This document shows positions 21,572-34,977 of a DNA stretch of 64,000 nucleotides, in pieces. The DNA lies in assembly GCA_937625935.1 (NCBI GenBank), contig OW569377.1, positions 395,823-459,822 on the forward strand, written 5' to 3'. The number at the start of each line of letters is the position of its first letter. Within the stretch, counting starts at the first letter, position 1. The notes beneath the pieces were generated by a model. The model was not told where the DNA came from. It searched no databases and was given only the letters and a program-made list of their open reading frames with translations. The position numbers were made by a program, and so were the translations under genes. Source of the stretch: Tetramitus jugosus (taxonomy: Eukaryota > Protista > Heterolobosea).

Positions 21572-21925
21572 ACAACTTTTTCCTTCACACATGCATTGTA
21601 AATCTTATCTGACAGCCTAAAACACCGATTCTGATTGGATCAAAATTGCGCCATTTTTATCTCCAATCAATTTCATGATACCGGACACTTACGGACTCTA
21701 TGTCATCACGTCTTGACCTAGGTGACCAATTACTCCTGCTTCCATTCGATTGCCCACGTTGGGTGGAGACACGCTGGCTTGGTGGAGCTTCACACAGTGT
21801 TCATGTGAAAAAACCAAAAAGCCTAACGTTCTCTCAATCCAACTCTTTGTTCAAAAAGCTAACAATACACATAACAACAAAAAAAGAAAGAACACCAACA
21901 CAAATCCATTTATTATTAAAAAAAA

Positions 21926-23284
21926 ATGTTGAAGAGGATTTCTGCTTCTTGTGTCAAACAATCCATCGCTCTCACACAACAACAACAAAAGCTTTCCTTG
22001 GTCAGAGCTTACTCTTCCGTCGGCAAGGGACCTTATGGCGAATTTTATGTAAGTGTGTCAAAGCATGATGTTCTCTTGTTTTTTCTCGCGCCCATTTTTT
22101 GTTTACGCCACACACGTTAGCTCACACGCATCTTTCTTACTCTATCCAACCAACAAATAACAACAACAACACTACAATAGCATGAACAATTGACAATTGA
22201 AAAAACCAATACTCACAAGGAGAAACCACAACCAGAGACACTGGTATTTGGCAAGACATTTACTGATCACATGCTCGAAGTAGAATGGACTGAACAACAA
22301 GGCTGGTCCAAACCAAAGATTGTTCCCTATCATAAGCTTGAACTCCACCCAAGTTGCAGTTCACTTCACTATGCCATCCAATGCTTTGAAGGAATGAAAG
22401 CTTACAAGAGTGATGATGGAAAAGATTGTTACTTGTTCCGTCCTGATATGAATGCAGCTCGATTGAACAAGTCTTGTGCTCGTCTCGGATTGCCCAACTT
22501 TAACAATGAAGAATTCATAAAGTGTTTGGCCAGTTTGGTCGAATTGGAGCGTGATTGGGTGCCTGAAAAGTTTGGTTACAGTCTGTACATTCGCCCTACA
22601 GTGATTAGCACTGAAGAGACATTGGGTGTGTTGCCACCAAAGAGTGCACTCTTGTATGTCATCATGTCTCCTGTTGGACCATACTTTAGAACTGGATTCA
22701 AGCCTGTAAAGCTGTTGGCCGAACCAAAGTACGTGAGAGCGTTCCAAGGTGGCACAGGAAGTGTCAAATTGGGTGCCAATTATGGTCCAACCATTTTGCC
22801 TCAGATTGAAGCAGCAGACAAGGGATACAGTCAAGTGTTGTGGCTGTATGGCGACAATCACGAAGTGACTGAAGTTGGAACCATGAACGTCTTTTTCTAT
22901 TGGATCAATGAGAAGGGCGAAGAAGAATTGGTGACTCCACCATTGGTCGATATTGTGTTGCCTGGTGTGACACGTGACACGATTATTAACATTACTAGAA
23001 ACGAGTGGGGAATGAAGGTGAGTGAAAAGACTGTGACCATGAAGGAAGTGGTCAAGGCGATTGAAGAAGGAAGAATGATGGAGTCGTTTGGTGCGGGAAC
23101 TGCCTGTGTCGTGGCACCCATCAGTGGCATCAGTTTCAAGGAAACAGAGTACACTATTCCTGCTCCTGCCAAGGAAGAAGGAAGCTTGGCTCACAAGCTG
23201 TTTGATCACATGCTCAACATTCAGTATGGTAAGATTGAGTCCAAGTACCGTTGGTCCGTCAACGATCTCGTGTCAAAACAGTAA
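21926..23284 (+). CDS. BCAT: Branched-chain amino-acid aminotransferase, mitochondrial; exons 21926-22048 and 22181-23284
   Basis: FGKTFTDHML, LHYAIQCFEGMKAY, KLGANYGP, EVGTMN, LPGVTRD, FGAGTA. Transit-like exon 1; in-frame GT-AG intron 22049-22180. Confidence 0.95.
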
Positions 23285-23375
23285 AGAAAACGCATCGATT
23301 TTGGGATATTTACTGCTGAGTGAGTTTCATGGTTTTGTTATGTGATTTGATTTCGTTTGCTTGTCAACTTGTTTG

Positions 23376-24131
23376 TTACAAGAGTGATTCTCGCACCAAG
23401 TCCTCCAACTTTGTTGTCTGACTTTCTCGGTAATTGACTTTGAGTTCATCTAGCTTCTTGAGCAATTGTTGTTTGACTTGTTCGGGCATCAGTGTTTCAA
23501 TTTCAATCTCGTACTTTGTTCCAAAGGTATACACTGTCTCATCCAACTCAATCTTCACTGGTAGGTCCATGCATTGTGAGGGATCATTTTCATCTGTTGG
23601 GCATACACAATCCCAATTGTAAACTTTCCTCAATGTTTTGTATCCACCAAGACACTTGAGACTCGATAAATGATACTTGGCTTTGATATCATTCACCAAA
23701 TTGGTGTCCCATTCGAGCAAGCTATTGGGATCAGAAACTGCTCGATGAGCCATGTCGATATCCTTGATGATTTCTTCCGTCTAGTTCATTGAACAGAAAA
23801 CAAAAGGAATTGTAAAATTTCAATAATCCCAAAACAAATCACGCATTCGACTTCATACCTCCTGGGCTGTACTGATACCATGTTCGAGTTCTACTCCAGC
23901 TTTGTGAGTCAACGAAGCAGCTTCAGACTCACCGTGAGCGCCAATCAGAAATCGTATTCTCATTCCTGCTCTATTCTTAGCCAGTTCGTTGTTTGGACCA
24001 TCAAAGAACCAATCGTGTTGGTGGATGATTGCTTGTGGTTCCTGCAACCACGCAGCCACATGTTCGTAATCTGATCTTCTATGGAGTTGGATCTTGATCT
24101 CAATCTCCTTGTGTTCGTGAGGAATACGCAT
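23376..24131 (-). CDS. CYTH / triphosphate tunnel metalloenzyme (TTM3-like); intron 23781-23858
   Basis: EIEIK motif, FFDGPNNEL, ELDET...YEIEIET. A GT-AG intron joins the two ORFs in frame. Confidence 0.85.
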
Positions 24132-24253
24132 CCTTATGGATCAACTAGAGCTCTCTGTTGTTTCTTTTTCAACTTTTTTGATTGTTCCAGATCTCTGGTG
24201 AAGCTTGTAAAGTAAATATTTTTGTTTTAAGTTTGAGGGGCAGTGCTGTTTGT

Positions 24254-27200
24254 TTATTCGCACTTGCTATAGTTTTGTTGTTGCTCCTGCTGCATTCGAG
24301 CAATTTCCAACAATTGTGAATCGTCAAAGAACTTGTTGACACTAACATCTTCACTCAATCCCTTACGACGTCTGGTTTTCACGAGGAATTCACGTGCCAA
24401 GTACTGTGGAGGACTAGGTTCCAATGGTCGAAGAACAATGTCCTTGTCTAGTGGATCACCAGGCACTGTACTCCAATGACTGAACACACTGAGGCAGAAT
24501 GCTTGTCCTTGGGTGTGACTTCGAATGTCTGTTTCGAGACCAAATGAGTCAATTACAGGTACAAATGCTCTGATGATAAATAATGGAGTGCCAGGCTTTG
24601 GTACATCTTGAACAATGTTGCCTCTTCTGCGCTCCAATACCTTTGTGATGGCACTAATGGCATCCAGTGGACAAATGACCTGTACTTCGTACACTGGTTC
24701 CATGAGTCTCGGTGTGGCCATCAGGAAACTGCTGTACACGACACGTCTGGCTGCAGGAATGATTTGTCCTCCTCCTCTGAACAGTGGCTTGTCAGAGATA
24801 TCAGCGTTCAATAACCGGAACTTGCAGTTTCGAATAGGTTCGTCACACAGTGGTCCTTCACGCGTTCCCCAGTTGAATCCCTGGACGATAGAGTCGCGCA
24901 CAGTGCTTAGGAGCTGTGGATTGACCTCGTGTGGGAATGTTTCATTCAGGAGCGCATTTGGTCCATTGTCTCCTGGACCAAAGGCCCACAGAGAATTAAC
25001 TGCAAGTCCATCCCATCCATATCGATCCTGGAAGAACTTGTTCTTGGTTGCTCTGTCCCATTGATGAAGTTTGATCCGGTTTGATTCAATGTCGTCAGCC
25101 ATGTTCTTGTCTAGTTGTTCACAGATCATTGTCAACTTGTTTTGCTTGTTTGCTGTTTCGGCATAGCATTGTATGCTTGATGCTTCGGCAACTGTTTCGC
25201 ACAGTGATACTACGGGATCAGCAATCTTTATCTCGATATCACCATACATTTTTCTGAGATCGTGCATGGCAGCATCCAAGTATAATTCGCCTGTTCCGAG
25301 AACAATGTGCTCTCCGCTCTCTTCTACCTTTGTTGTTAGAAGAGGATATGATTTGCTAATTTTTCTAAGACCTTCAATCATCTTTGGAAGGTCACTTGGA
25401 TTCAATGGTTCCACAGCAATCTTAATCACAGACTTTGTGTTAAAAGTCAATGGTCTAAAGATGTGAGGAGAACGATTCGTAGTGCTTGTGATAGTTGCAG
25501 TCTTGAGAATTGAATCATCAACTCCTTCGAGAAGCACCCAAGAACCAGCAGAAGCCTTGTTCAACTCTATTCTGTATCGACCATTATACACGTACAGAGA
25601 GGTGACATCTGCATCTGTCATCTCTTCTTCGTCATTCTCTGTAAATGTTTCGAACAGTACACGGACCGTGCTTCCCTTCTTCACCGTACCACTCATTATT
25701 CGACCGAATGCATCGAATCGAGAGCAGTCTGGCTTATGGTACAACTTTGTGATGTAAATCATGAGAGTTCCATGTGGATCACAAGCAATCATTTCTTTTG
25801 CTACTTCACTGTCTTGTGGTCCCGTGTAGCAGTGTTGTACTTTTACAGCATTGCCTCCTCTGTTTGGAGCAGGTATGAATTGAGATACCATGTCAACAAA
25901 TCCCTTTGGATGTGCTGAGAAGAATGAGTTAAATATGTGTTGAATCAGAGGTTTCGTATCAAACATCAAATGTCGTTTTCTGAGACGAACACCAACATGG
26001 CGCATCGACTCTGCCAACTCCTCGTCTGTTGCCGATCCCAATATATGACTATATATCTTGTAAAGTGGTTCGAGAACAAACTCTACAAATGATCGCCTTG
26101 GATTCGTATCACCTGATGCAGGCTTCTTGAAAAATCTTCGAGATGATGCATGATAAAACACATCACCCCACAATCTCTTTGCAAATCGTAAGTGATCCAT
26201 TCCTATATCTGAATAATCGGCATAAATCTTGGCAAAGGATGCTAGATTGAAGCACCATCCATTGGTAGAACTTGCGAAACAAACATTTCCTTCCTGAGGA
26301 ATCATATACTGCGGCGTTTCACCTGACAACGTATGCTTCTCAATCAAATTATTAACGTCTGCCAGCGTGTGCTTCAATTTATAGTATGCATCATTTGGTG
26401 GTAACTTGAGTTCGAGTATCAACCGATCAACCTTGTTAATCAATAGCACCATGGGTAATCTCTCCTGTATCGCGTGTTGAATGATGCGCTCTGTTTGAAC
26501 CATGACACCTTCTAATGCATCTACAACCAACACAACACCATCAGAGATACGGAAAGCAGCAGTAACTTCGTCTGAAAAGTTGACATGACCCGGCGTGTCC
26601 ATCACATTCACCAAAAAGTGCTTATCTCTCGTGTCATGCAATAACAGTGACATGGGAGTGGATTTAATCGAGAGTGCTCGTTGTTGTTCATCGATCCTAG
26701 TGTCCGTGTAACGCATCGGTTGATCCAAATGAACTCCTTCATAGTGAGTGTGCGTCGATTGAACAAGCATGTCCATAAACGATGTTTTTCCATGTGATAA
26801 ATGACCTGCAATAGCAACATTTCTGACCAAACTCGGATGATCCATCATTTCAATCATGTATTGCTTGGTGTACTTTGTTTGTGGAATTTCGGGCTCCAAC
26901 AAGTCCCATTTCGTGATTTTTACAGGTTGAATAATCGGTTGTTCAATTGGTTGAGTGTCCTCATCTTCTACCAGTGTTTCCACGCCTTCACCATACACAT
27001 CTTCTGCCTATTATTATCATTGTGATCACAACAAGCAACAACAATAACAAAAAAAAAAGTAAAAAAAAAAAGAAGCAAAAATTCGAACAAAAAACATTTG
27101 TAAGTCAACTTGGATATCCATAAATTCTACTCTTGAGAAAAAGTACTTACCGATGGATAATACTGCTTGTCTTCATGCAACACAATGGAAGATGGTTGAC

Positions 27201-27486
27201 TAATGGGTTCACTTGTTCGATACAGTTGCATCACACCTCCATTTTCTTCATCATTTTCATTCTCATATAAGCTTTCTTCAATGATGGGAGCTTCATCATC
27301 GTCGACATCATCACCATCTTCTTCTTCATCATGATGGTGACGATGACGACGAGTTTGATGAAAAGCTTCATCTTCATCTTGCATCATTTCTTCATCGTCT
27401 TCTTGTTCATTTTCACTTTCACTTTCTTCGAGCTCTGGACCAATGTAGTTTCCAAATTCATCATATAGTGGTTGATCACCATCCAT
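24254..27486 (-). CDS. EFTUD2: U5 snRNP GTPase Snu114 / EFTUD2; intron 27008-27150
   Basis: LYDEFGNYIGPEL acidic N-terminus, VLHEDKQYYPS|AEDVYG, GHLSHGKT, DTPGHVNFSDE, KTRRRKGLSEDVS. Confidence 0.97.
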
Positions 27487-28442
27487 TTTTCTTGTATTGA
27501 TCAGATGTGTTTGGTGTTTGGGTTGGTGTGGTGTTGGTAAAATTGAAATTTGTTGTTTGGTGTGAGATCGATTTTCTTTGGACTGTTTTTTGTTGATGAA
27601 GTGTGCATGTGAAACGATGAACTTTGCGGAGAAATTAAGCAGTGGAACAACAATCCATCCATCTGGACATATTATCCACATTTCCGTCAATATGACAGTC
27701 CAATTACCAAGGCAATTGCTGAAGATCTGACAGATCTATTCTCATCGATGAATGATCTTCATGATGTGTCAACCAATTCACAGTTGCACCGACAGGATAT
27801 AGTTGGACGAAGTGAAAAATACATATTCCAGATGTTATGAGGAGCTTGTGCAAAAATATGGAGCCAACTTGAAGAGAGAACCATTAATGAGTACAAGGGA
27901 TACAAGTTTAACCCTAACACTTCAGAAGAACTTTTGAATCCTTGGGATATGAACTCACTGATGTTTAAGACCAGATTTGAAACTACTGGGCGGCATGAGG
28001 CAGGCCCAAGCACCTCTGGACGTTGTTCGATCCAACGAGGCACTCCATTCTTGAAGTGCTTGAACCGCAAGTAGAAGTTAACAAATTTACTCAGACAATC
28101 GGTTTGGATCTGCAAAAAGAGTTGATACAGCCTTCAATACTAAGGCTTACAACTCTTGAATGCAAAAGGAGAAGGAGTCCACAAGTGACAGATGTGAAAT
28201 GCTCAGGCATTACCGGAGAATTTGATAATAAAAACCAATCTGACAGAAGAAGCCGAAAAAAAGCAAAAAGTGCAATCTGTGTTCGCGTATCTTTCTCTCC
28301 TCCTTCCACCACTTTCACGAATCACCTCGCAGCACACTTGATTTGACCATCAAAAAAAAATCAGCTGTACATACTCATCATCATCCAACCACACCACCTA
28401 TAATTTATTTTTTTTAACAAGAAGAACAGCAAGTACACATCA

Positions 28443-31400
28443 ATGAAAGTCGATGAATGCATAGCACTTGATCTACCACAAGACAAGAGAGGTATGGAGG
28501 TCATCACTGTTTATTGTTGTTTTCACTTGTTGTCCAATGATTCGTTTTTTTTTGCTAACACATTTGTTGTGCTCGTCGTCAATCAACCATAATTGAAAAT
28601 ATTTTCATCTCTATACTAGTATCAAGAGTGAAAGCTGCGAGTTTTCATCCTATTCAAAACAAGATTGCCATTGGTTTCAGAAGAGACATTTATGGTATGT
28701 CTATCAGCTTTTTTTTTCTTTGTAGATCATCAATGAATTTACTTCTCACACATAATAACAACAAAAAAAAAACAAAAACAGAGTATGATTTGGTGAGTGG
28801 ATCAAGAGTGGCTCAATACACGACAGAGAGTGAAATTACTCATTTGGCACATGCTCACACGCACAATGTTTTGATTGCTGCATTGAAAAATGGATGTTTT
28901 AGTGCATTGGACTTGACGAGTCACACGTTAACAGCGTTTCACGTTCCTATACGATCCACTGAGAAGCGATCCGTTTCTTATTTTGCAGTTTCGAGAACGA
29001 GACCCTTTATTTTTTATGTGAGAGATCGTGCCTTGGCCGTGTGTGGTATCGAAATGTTTGCCGATTCGAAAAATAGAGTAGAGTATGCGCACAAGAAGCC
29101 CATTTCGTGCATTACGACACATCCAACAAGAAACATTATGGCCAGTGGTAGCATTGATGGAAATGTGAGAATATGGGACACTGCTTCGCACACATTGTTA
29201 TCTGCTTTTGATGAAATTGGATCATTGAACAATGTTGATAAGTCATTGAGATCTCCAGTCACAGGATTGTGCTTTTATTCAAGCAAGGACAGGACTTTGT
29301 CCACTTCACCGAACAACTCGAGAGCCAGTACCAGTCACGGTGGTCAGATGACAAGCAGAGGAACAAATGGATTCACTGCTCAAAACTTTGGTTCCGAGTT
29401 GTTGATTACCGGAACAAAGAATGGCAGAATTCAAGTGTGGTATATTGCAGCCAATGAGCAGCGTGTTGTTGCAACGTATGTTACCTGTTTTATGTTTTTG
29501 TTGCTGTTGTTTTTGCTGTTTTTGCACCGAATAGCATCTTATCATTCTTTTTGACCACTATTATTACGACAGAATCAATTTGCAAGAGTGGATTGTCGAC
29601 ATTTTCTTCCATGCTACTTTACCGTGCTTGATGGTGTTAAATCACAAGGGTTGCTTGAAGGCTATTAACATTGGACACTTGATTACCAATTTTAATGCTG
29701 GAAGCATTCCTTCCATGAAGGGAATTTTGACAAAGTTTGGTATGTAGAATGATTTATTAACTACATTAAGAGTTTTGCTTTCAAATGCAATGAACTGACA
29801 CGATTGACTTTCTTCAATAATTCATTCTTCATTCTATAGACATGGTTGATACTTATTATGCACCTTTGCATGATACTTCCTACCTCACGACTCAAAAGCA
29901 CTTGCAATCTCTTGTTCCAGCCATTTCTGCCCGGATGAACGAAAACTCTGGTGTACTTGTCTTTTGTGGCAAGAATTACCAAGTCTCTAATTTAAATACT
30001 CCTAACATGCATGGTGTGATTGTATCAGAGTATTTCCCAGTGTTTAATACTGTGGATGACTCTGATTTCCCTGTGAGTACTTTGCCACAGTGCAGTACTC
30101 TTCCATTCACATTGGACATGGTGCTAAATCAGAAACTAGATTCTTCAGATGATTTGGAGTTCGAAGTGCCAATCTCTGACTTGTTATATGTCGACACATT
30201 TACTGCGACACCGCACGATATTCTCATGAAGTATAATATGGCAACCGACACATCCGCAAAGGTGCAATTGCTGAAAATCAATTCTGCACTCTCGGAATTC
30301 CATCGATGCATTCAAGTGAAGTGTCGAACAGGATTGAAAACAAATCAACACTTGTTGATCTTCTATGAAAAACAGAGACTTCAATCGAGTTACAATACAG
30401 ACAGTAGAACAAGGTTCTTCTTGGCATTAGATTTATCGAAGAAGTCAGAGTTACCGCCATTGGAGGCAGGAAAAGATGGAGACTTCTTAGAAGCAGACAA
30501 TCCAAACAATAGAGAATTCTATATTCTAGAAGAGGATGGAATTACCGTCAAGGTGTACGAATTGGGAAATCCTTCACCAATTCGCTCAGTCAAACTAGCC
30601 ATCAAGATCTCAAGAGTATTCAGTTGTCCTTTCAGAAAGAATACCAATCTGTATTATAACAGAGCAAATGCCCTGCTTGGATTTGCAAATGATGACTTAA
30701 CATTCGGAATGAGCAAACGACCAACATTTGATTTGAGACAAAATGAAGTACCAGTATCGGTTCAATGGCAACAAGTATACAAATCGGAGACAGGTGCCTT
30801 CTTTATCGCATTGTTAACTACACACAGAGTTCTGATTCTGGATCAAAACTTAAATATTAGAGCGTTCGTAGAATCACCGAATCAAACAAGAAGCTCTCTG
30901 TACTTCCAGAGTTGTTTATGGCTTGGAAATATTCTTCTGTACAACACATGCTCTGCAGTTTATTGCTTGTGTCCAAACATGTTGGAACAAACATCAGGTG
31001 CTCAATCCAATTTTGCGCTCTGTACCCTGGAGCATGCAAACTCTGTACTCAGTGGAGTTCTCTATGATCGAATTTTCTTCACATGCTACCGAAACAACTG
31101 TCCTCAAATGTCGGTGCGTTATGTGAACATTGTTGAACCACTCCTTCTCTCAATCATTTCTCTCGAAACAACACAGGACAACAAATTGAAGATGATGCAA
31201 CCAATAATGAGCAAGTTTGACTGTCGATCAGTGAGTGAACCCACATTGTTGGCGCTGGAAAAGAGTGGATTTGCTGATTTAGCTAGTGAATTAATTATTC
31301 ATTCCGTTTATGATTTCTCATGGGAGATTAGATTCCGGTTGGCTCTTCGCAGCTTGCAATTTGAATACGCCTTTGAGATATTGCGTGCTCAATATCAACG

Positions 31401-33510
31401 AACTGTGATTCAGGACCAAGTTGAGGCTTCTCCAACAACTCCACAGGACTATGATGGATTGAGAGATAGCAGTAGTGCCCATCAGAAGTTATATGTGTCG
31501 GATGAAGACTATTGCACTGAGAAGTCAGCATTTTATGACCATTTTGTTGATCTCGCGCAACTCAGTATTGAGTATGCCTACTATTCAATTGCAGCCAAAT
31601 GCTACGACATCACAAATAATTCCTGGGCACTGTTCAAATTGTTTTCCATGTATGCAAAAGAGTTGGCTGTTATTCCTCTGAGTAGACTGGCTATGAGATG
31701 CAAGAACTCTCCTGATCTGTACACTATTTACATGGCATGCCGTGTTGTGCTTGCTGATGCATACAACGAGTCTGAGGAGGATCACATTTTTAATTTATTT
31801 AATGGAACATTCGGTAAGAAGAGACTCAGCCTAGAGTTGCATACACTAGAGAGTATTGAATGGAGGAAGCAAAAGGAATCTGTTTCCAACAAACGATCAT
31901 ACGATTTGGGAACAAGCTTCAAGGCAGTTATGAAGATTAAGGAAGAAAAGAAGGTATCAAACGATCCTACTGGCTTGGCCATTTCTAATCTAGCTATTGA
32001 TCATAATATCATTGAGCCATTGTCCATGAACAACTTTAGTCAATGGATGGGATACAACACCACCGAAACAAAGAAGTTGGATCAAGATTGGGACCGAGTT
32101 GACTTTACTCTATCCGATTTTGGTTCTGGTGCTCGACCTAGATCTACTAGTTCAGCCAAATCTACACCAACCAAGATTCCATCTCTGCCTTCGTTGCCTT
32201 CCATGTCCTCCTTGGATCTACCAACATCTGGTGTGCCTTCTCGAGTCGAAGATGGAATGGAGACAGACAGAGATGCCGATGGTGAAGATGTTGCTAGCGA
32301 GGCAACACCTACTAACAAAGACAGAGATGAAGATGGATTCGCTGAGCAACCAGATTTGGATAAGATCCGTAAACAGTATATGGGTGGATCCAGCAGTGAC
32401 CAGAGTAGTGATGAAGATGGTGACGGTGACACCTATCGCAAGAAACGGAAGCTGTTCAGAAAACTTAAGATTAAGGACAAGTCGGAGGCTTCTACACCTG
32501 CAAAGGTTGATTTCTCTGCTTTCAAACTCAGTGGACCAGGAAATCTTGGTGTTGGTGGTCCCTCCGCTGCTTCAGCAATAGGCGGACCAGCTGCCACTAA
32601 CCCAAGAGCCTCGCTGAGAAGAGCAAGAGGCAGAACCACGACAGTCGTGGCTGATGTATCCCCTGTCTTGGGCTCTCAAGTGTCCGAGGAGAATACTGAG
32701 AGTAATGAGAGTGCGACTGCAACTGATACACAAAGCGATGCCACTCCAACTCCACAACCTCAGGTATCTCAACCTACACCATCAGCTCCAGTTCCTAAAA
32801 AGGTTTCCATACCTGCTGTTAACACTTTGGTCAACCCTGCTGAATCATTGAAGAAGGGTATGGCACTCATGGAAGCTGCTAACTATCGTGAAGCCAAGCA
32901 GTGTGTCAATGACGCAATCGTCGCCATGATCAACGACAACTCTGAAGTATTGAAGAAGACAAATCTTTTGTTGTGCGTGAGATACAAGTTGCTGATAATG
33001 ATGCTTGCGAACAATCAACGCATCGAGGGAAAGGGTGAGCCAACAATGGTGCAAGATTTGGCTCGTAACTCGTTCTTGCTATCTCAAATCAAACTCGTTG
33101 CCAAGCATCAAGTCATTTGTCGAAATATGTCCTGCAAGAGAAACTTGCAAGCACAAAACTTTGGCATTGCAGCTCGCTCCATTCGATTGCTATTGCCTGT
33201 CACTCCACCACAGCACTTGCCTGAGATGCAACAACGATTGAAACAATGTGAAGCTCAAAACTTGAGAAACGAGAACAAGGAGCTCGAGGAAGCTGTGACA
33301 AGAGCAGAACAGGACATTTCAAGCGAAACTGATCAAGAATATCTTCCAATCAGATTCTGTTGGCGAACATTTGAGCTCGTTAAGCCAGCACAACCACTTT
33401 GTGCATGTCCATATTGTGACGCCACATTCCTGCCTGTGGAAGGATTCGAAGAAGGTCACACGTGCTCCTACTGCTACTATGGCACACTGGAGTCTCGCAT
33501 GCCAAACTAA
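28443..33510 (+). CDS. TSET/TPLATE complex TTRAY (TWD40)-like WD40/alpha-solenoid coat protein; introns 28492-28619, 28695-28781, ~29476-29572, ~29740-29839
   Basis: N-terminus (AASFHPIQNKIAIG..EYDLVSGSRVA, HKKPISCITTHP) resembles plant TWD40. C-terminal alpha-COP-like region with CPYC..CSYC. GT-AG introns link the ORFs. Confidence 0.72.
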
Positions 33511-33563
33511 AGTTATCATCATCAGCACTCAACTATCATTTAAATATAAATATATACATTTAC

Positions 33564-33652
33564 CTTAATTATAATCATCAACAACTCTCTCGTTCCCAAA
33601 CAAGCCACACATCCATCATCCAGATGAGAGGTTGTTGATGATTATAATTAAG
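33564..33652. repeat. 22-bp perfect inverted repeat (MITE-like or hairpin)
   Basis: cttaattataatcatcaacaac (33564-33585) / gttgttgatgattataattaag (33631-33652). Confidence 0.85.
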
Positions 33653-33750
33653 TATCGTGTCGCGGTTATCTCTGCATTTCTAATTGCGACGATCGAAATC
33701 CAAAATCAAAGCAAAAACCAACAACAAAAAAAAATTCGCGAATCAGAGAT

Positions 33751-34968
33751 ATGACATCAACCACTACCACTACGACACCAACTGAATCATCAACATCTAT
33801 GATTCCACATCTCGAGACTGTGTTTGACTTGAGCCACGGTGATGAAATTGTCTGTCAACAAATTGAACAAACTCTTGTTCGAGACTTGACATTTTTATTA
33901 TTATCATCACATGAGAATGAAAATGATGAGAATGATAGCAAGAATAGAGTTCATGTAGCTCCACTATCTGGTGGAAACACAAACAAACTGTACAAGATTG
34001 ATATCACTATTGAAATGGATGAAAAAAGAAGTGAAAAAAGAGGTGAAAAAAGAAGCATATTGTGTCGAGTGAATGGCATTGGAACAGAATTCTTGTTGGA
34101 CAGACAACAAGAGATGCATTACATGAGACAATTGTCATTGTTTGAGAAGGGACCAAACGTACTCTGCACGTTCAACAATGGATTTTTTTATGATTTCATT
34201 CCTGGTCGATGTTTGCAACCGAATGAACTGTTGGGTAGCAATGTTCATGTGGCAAAACATTTGGCTCATTTTCATAAAGTGACTGTAGAGAGTCAGAATC
34301 AAGAGAGTGAGAGTGAAAAGCATAGGGAACCCATTTGTTTTGCAACAATTCGCAAGTGGCTTGCCGATTGTATGCAATTCAAGTGGAATGAATCCGAGTT
34401 GGAGAAAAAGGAAAAGTTGAACTTGGATTTGGATCAAATGAAGCAGTATGTGGATCAATTGGAACAATTTGCACAAAATTATGGATTGGATGTCGTGTTT
34501 TGTCACAATGATCTCCTGGCGTACAATATTTTGAAGAATGAACAAGTGGACAAGTATTACTTTATTGATTACGAGTATTGTGGATATAATTATAGAGCGT
34601 TTGATATTGGAAATCATTTTTGTGAGTATTGTGGATTCACGGTCGATCCGTCCAAGTATCCTTCTGTTGAGGCACAAAGACAGTTCATTAAGGCGTATTT
34701 GCAAGCCGCAAAAACAGAAGAGGGAAAGGAAGAGGAGGAACAGAGTGATGCAGTTGTTGTATCCGATGAGGAGATTGAAGCATTGAGAGTACAATGCAAT
34801 CTGTTCTCTCTGGTGGCTCATTTGTTCTGGTCCACATGGGGCGTTTGGCAATCAAAGCACTCCAACATTGATTTTGATTACTTGAATTACGCAGGTGAAA
34901 AGTACGCATGGTTCAATCAAGTAAGAGAACAGTACATGCAAGAGTTTGTAAAGTTTTACGAAAAATAA
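33751..34968 (+). CDS. Choline/ethanolamine kinase
   Basis: LSGGNTNKLY, Brenner motif CHNDLLAYNIL, FIDYEY, FDIGNHFCE, IDFDYLNYA. Confidence 0.93.
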   Translation: MTSTTTTTTPTESSTSMIPHLETVFDLSHGDEIVCQQIEQTLVRDLTFLLLSSHENENDENDSKNRVHVAPLSGGNTNKLYKIDITIEMDEKRSEKRGEKRSILCRVNGIGTEFLLDRQQEMHYMRQLSLFEKGPNVLCTFNNGFFYDFIPGRCLQPNELLGSNVHVAKHLAHFHKVTVESQNQESESEKHREPICFATIRKWLADCMQFKWNESELEKKEKLNLDLDQMKQYVDQLEQFAQNYGLDVVFCHNDLLAYNILKNEQVDKYYFIDYEYCGYNYRAFDIGNHFCEYCGFTVDPSKYPSVEAQRQFIKAYLQAAKTEEGKEEEEQSDAVVVSDEEIEALRVQCNLFSLVAHLFWSTWGVWQSKHSNIDFDYLNYAGEKYAWFNQVREQYMQEFVKFYEK

Positions 34969-34977
34969 ACTCGTTTC

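Noticed and set aside
22361-23209. Long antisense ORFs (also 34135-34851, 38381-39160)
   Set aside because: They are shadows of well-supported genes on the opposite strand with no recognisable motifs.
27700-28350. Short ORFs between Snu114 and the TTRAY-like gene
   Set aside because: Interrupted frames with no identifiable homology by eye.
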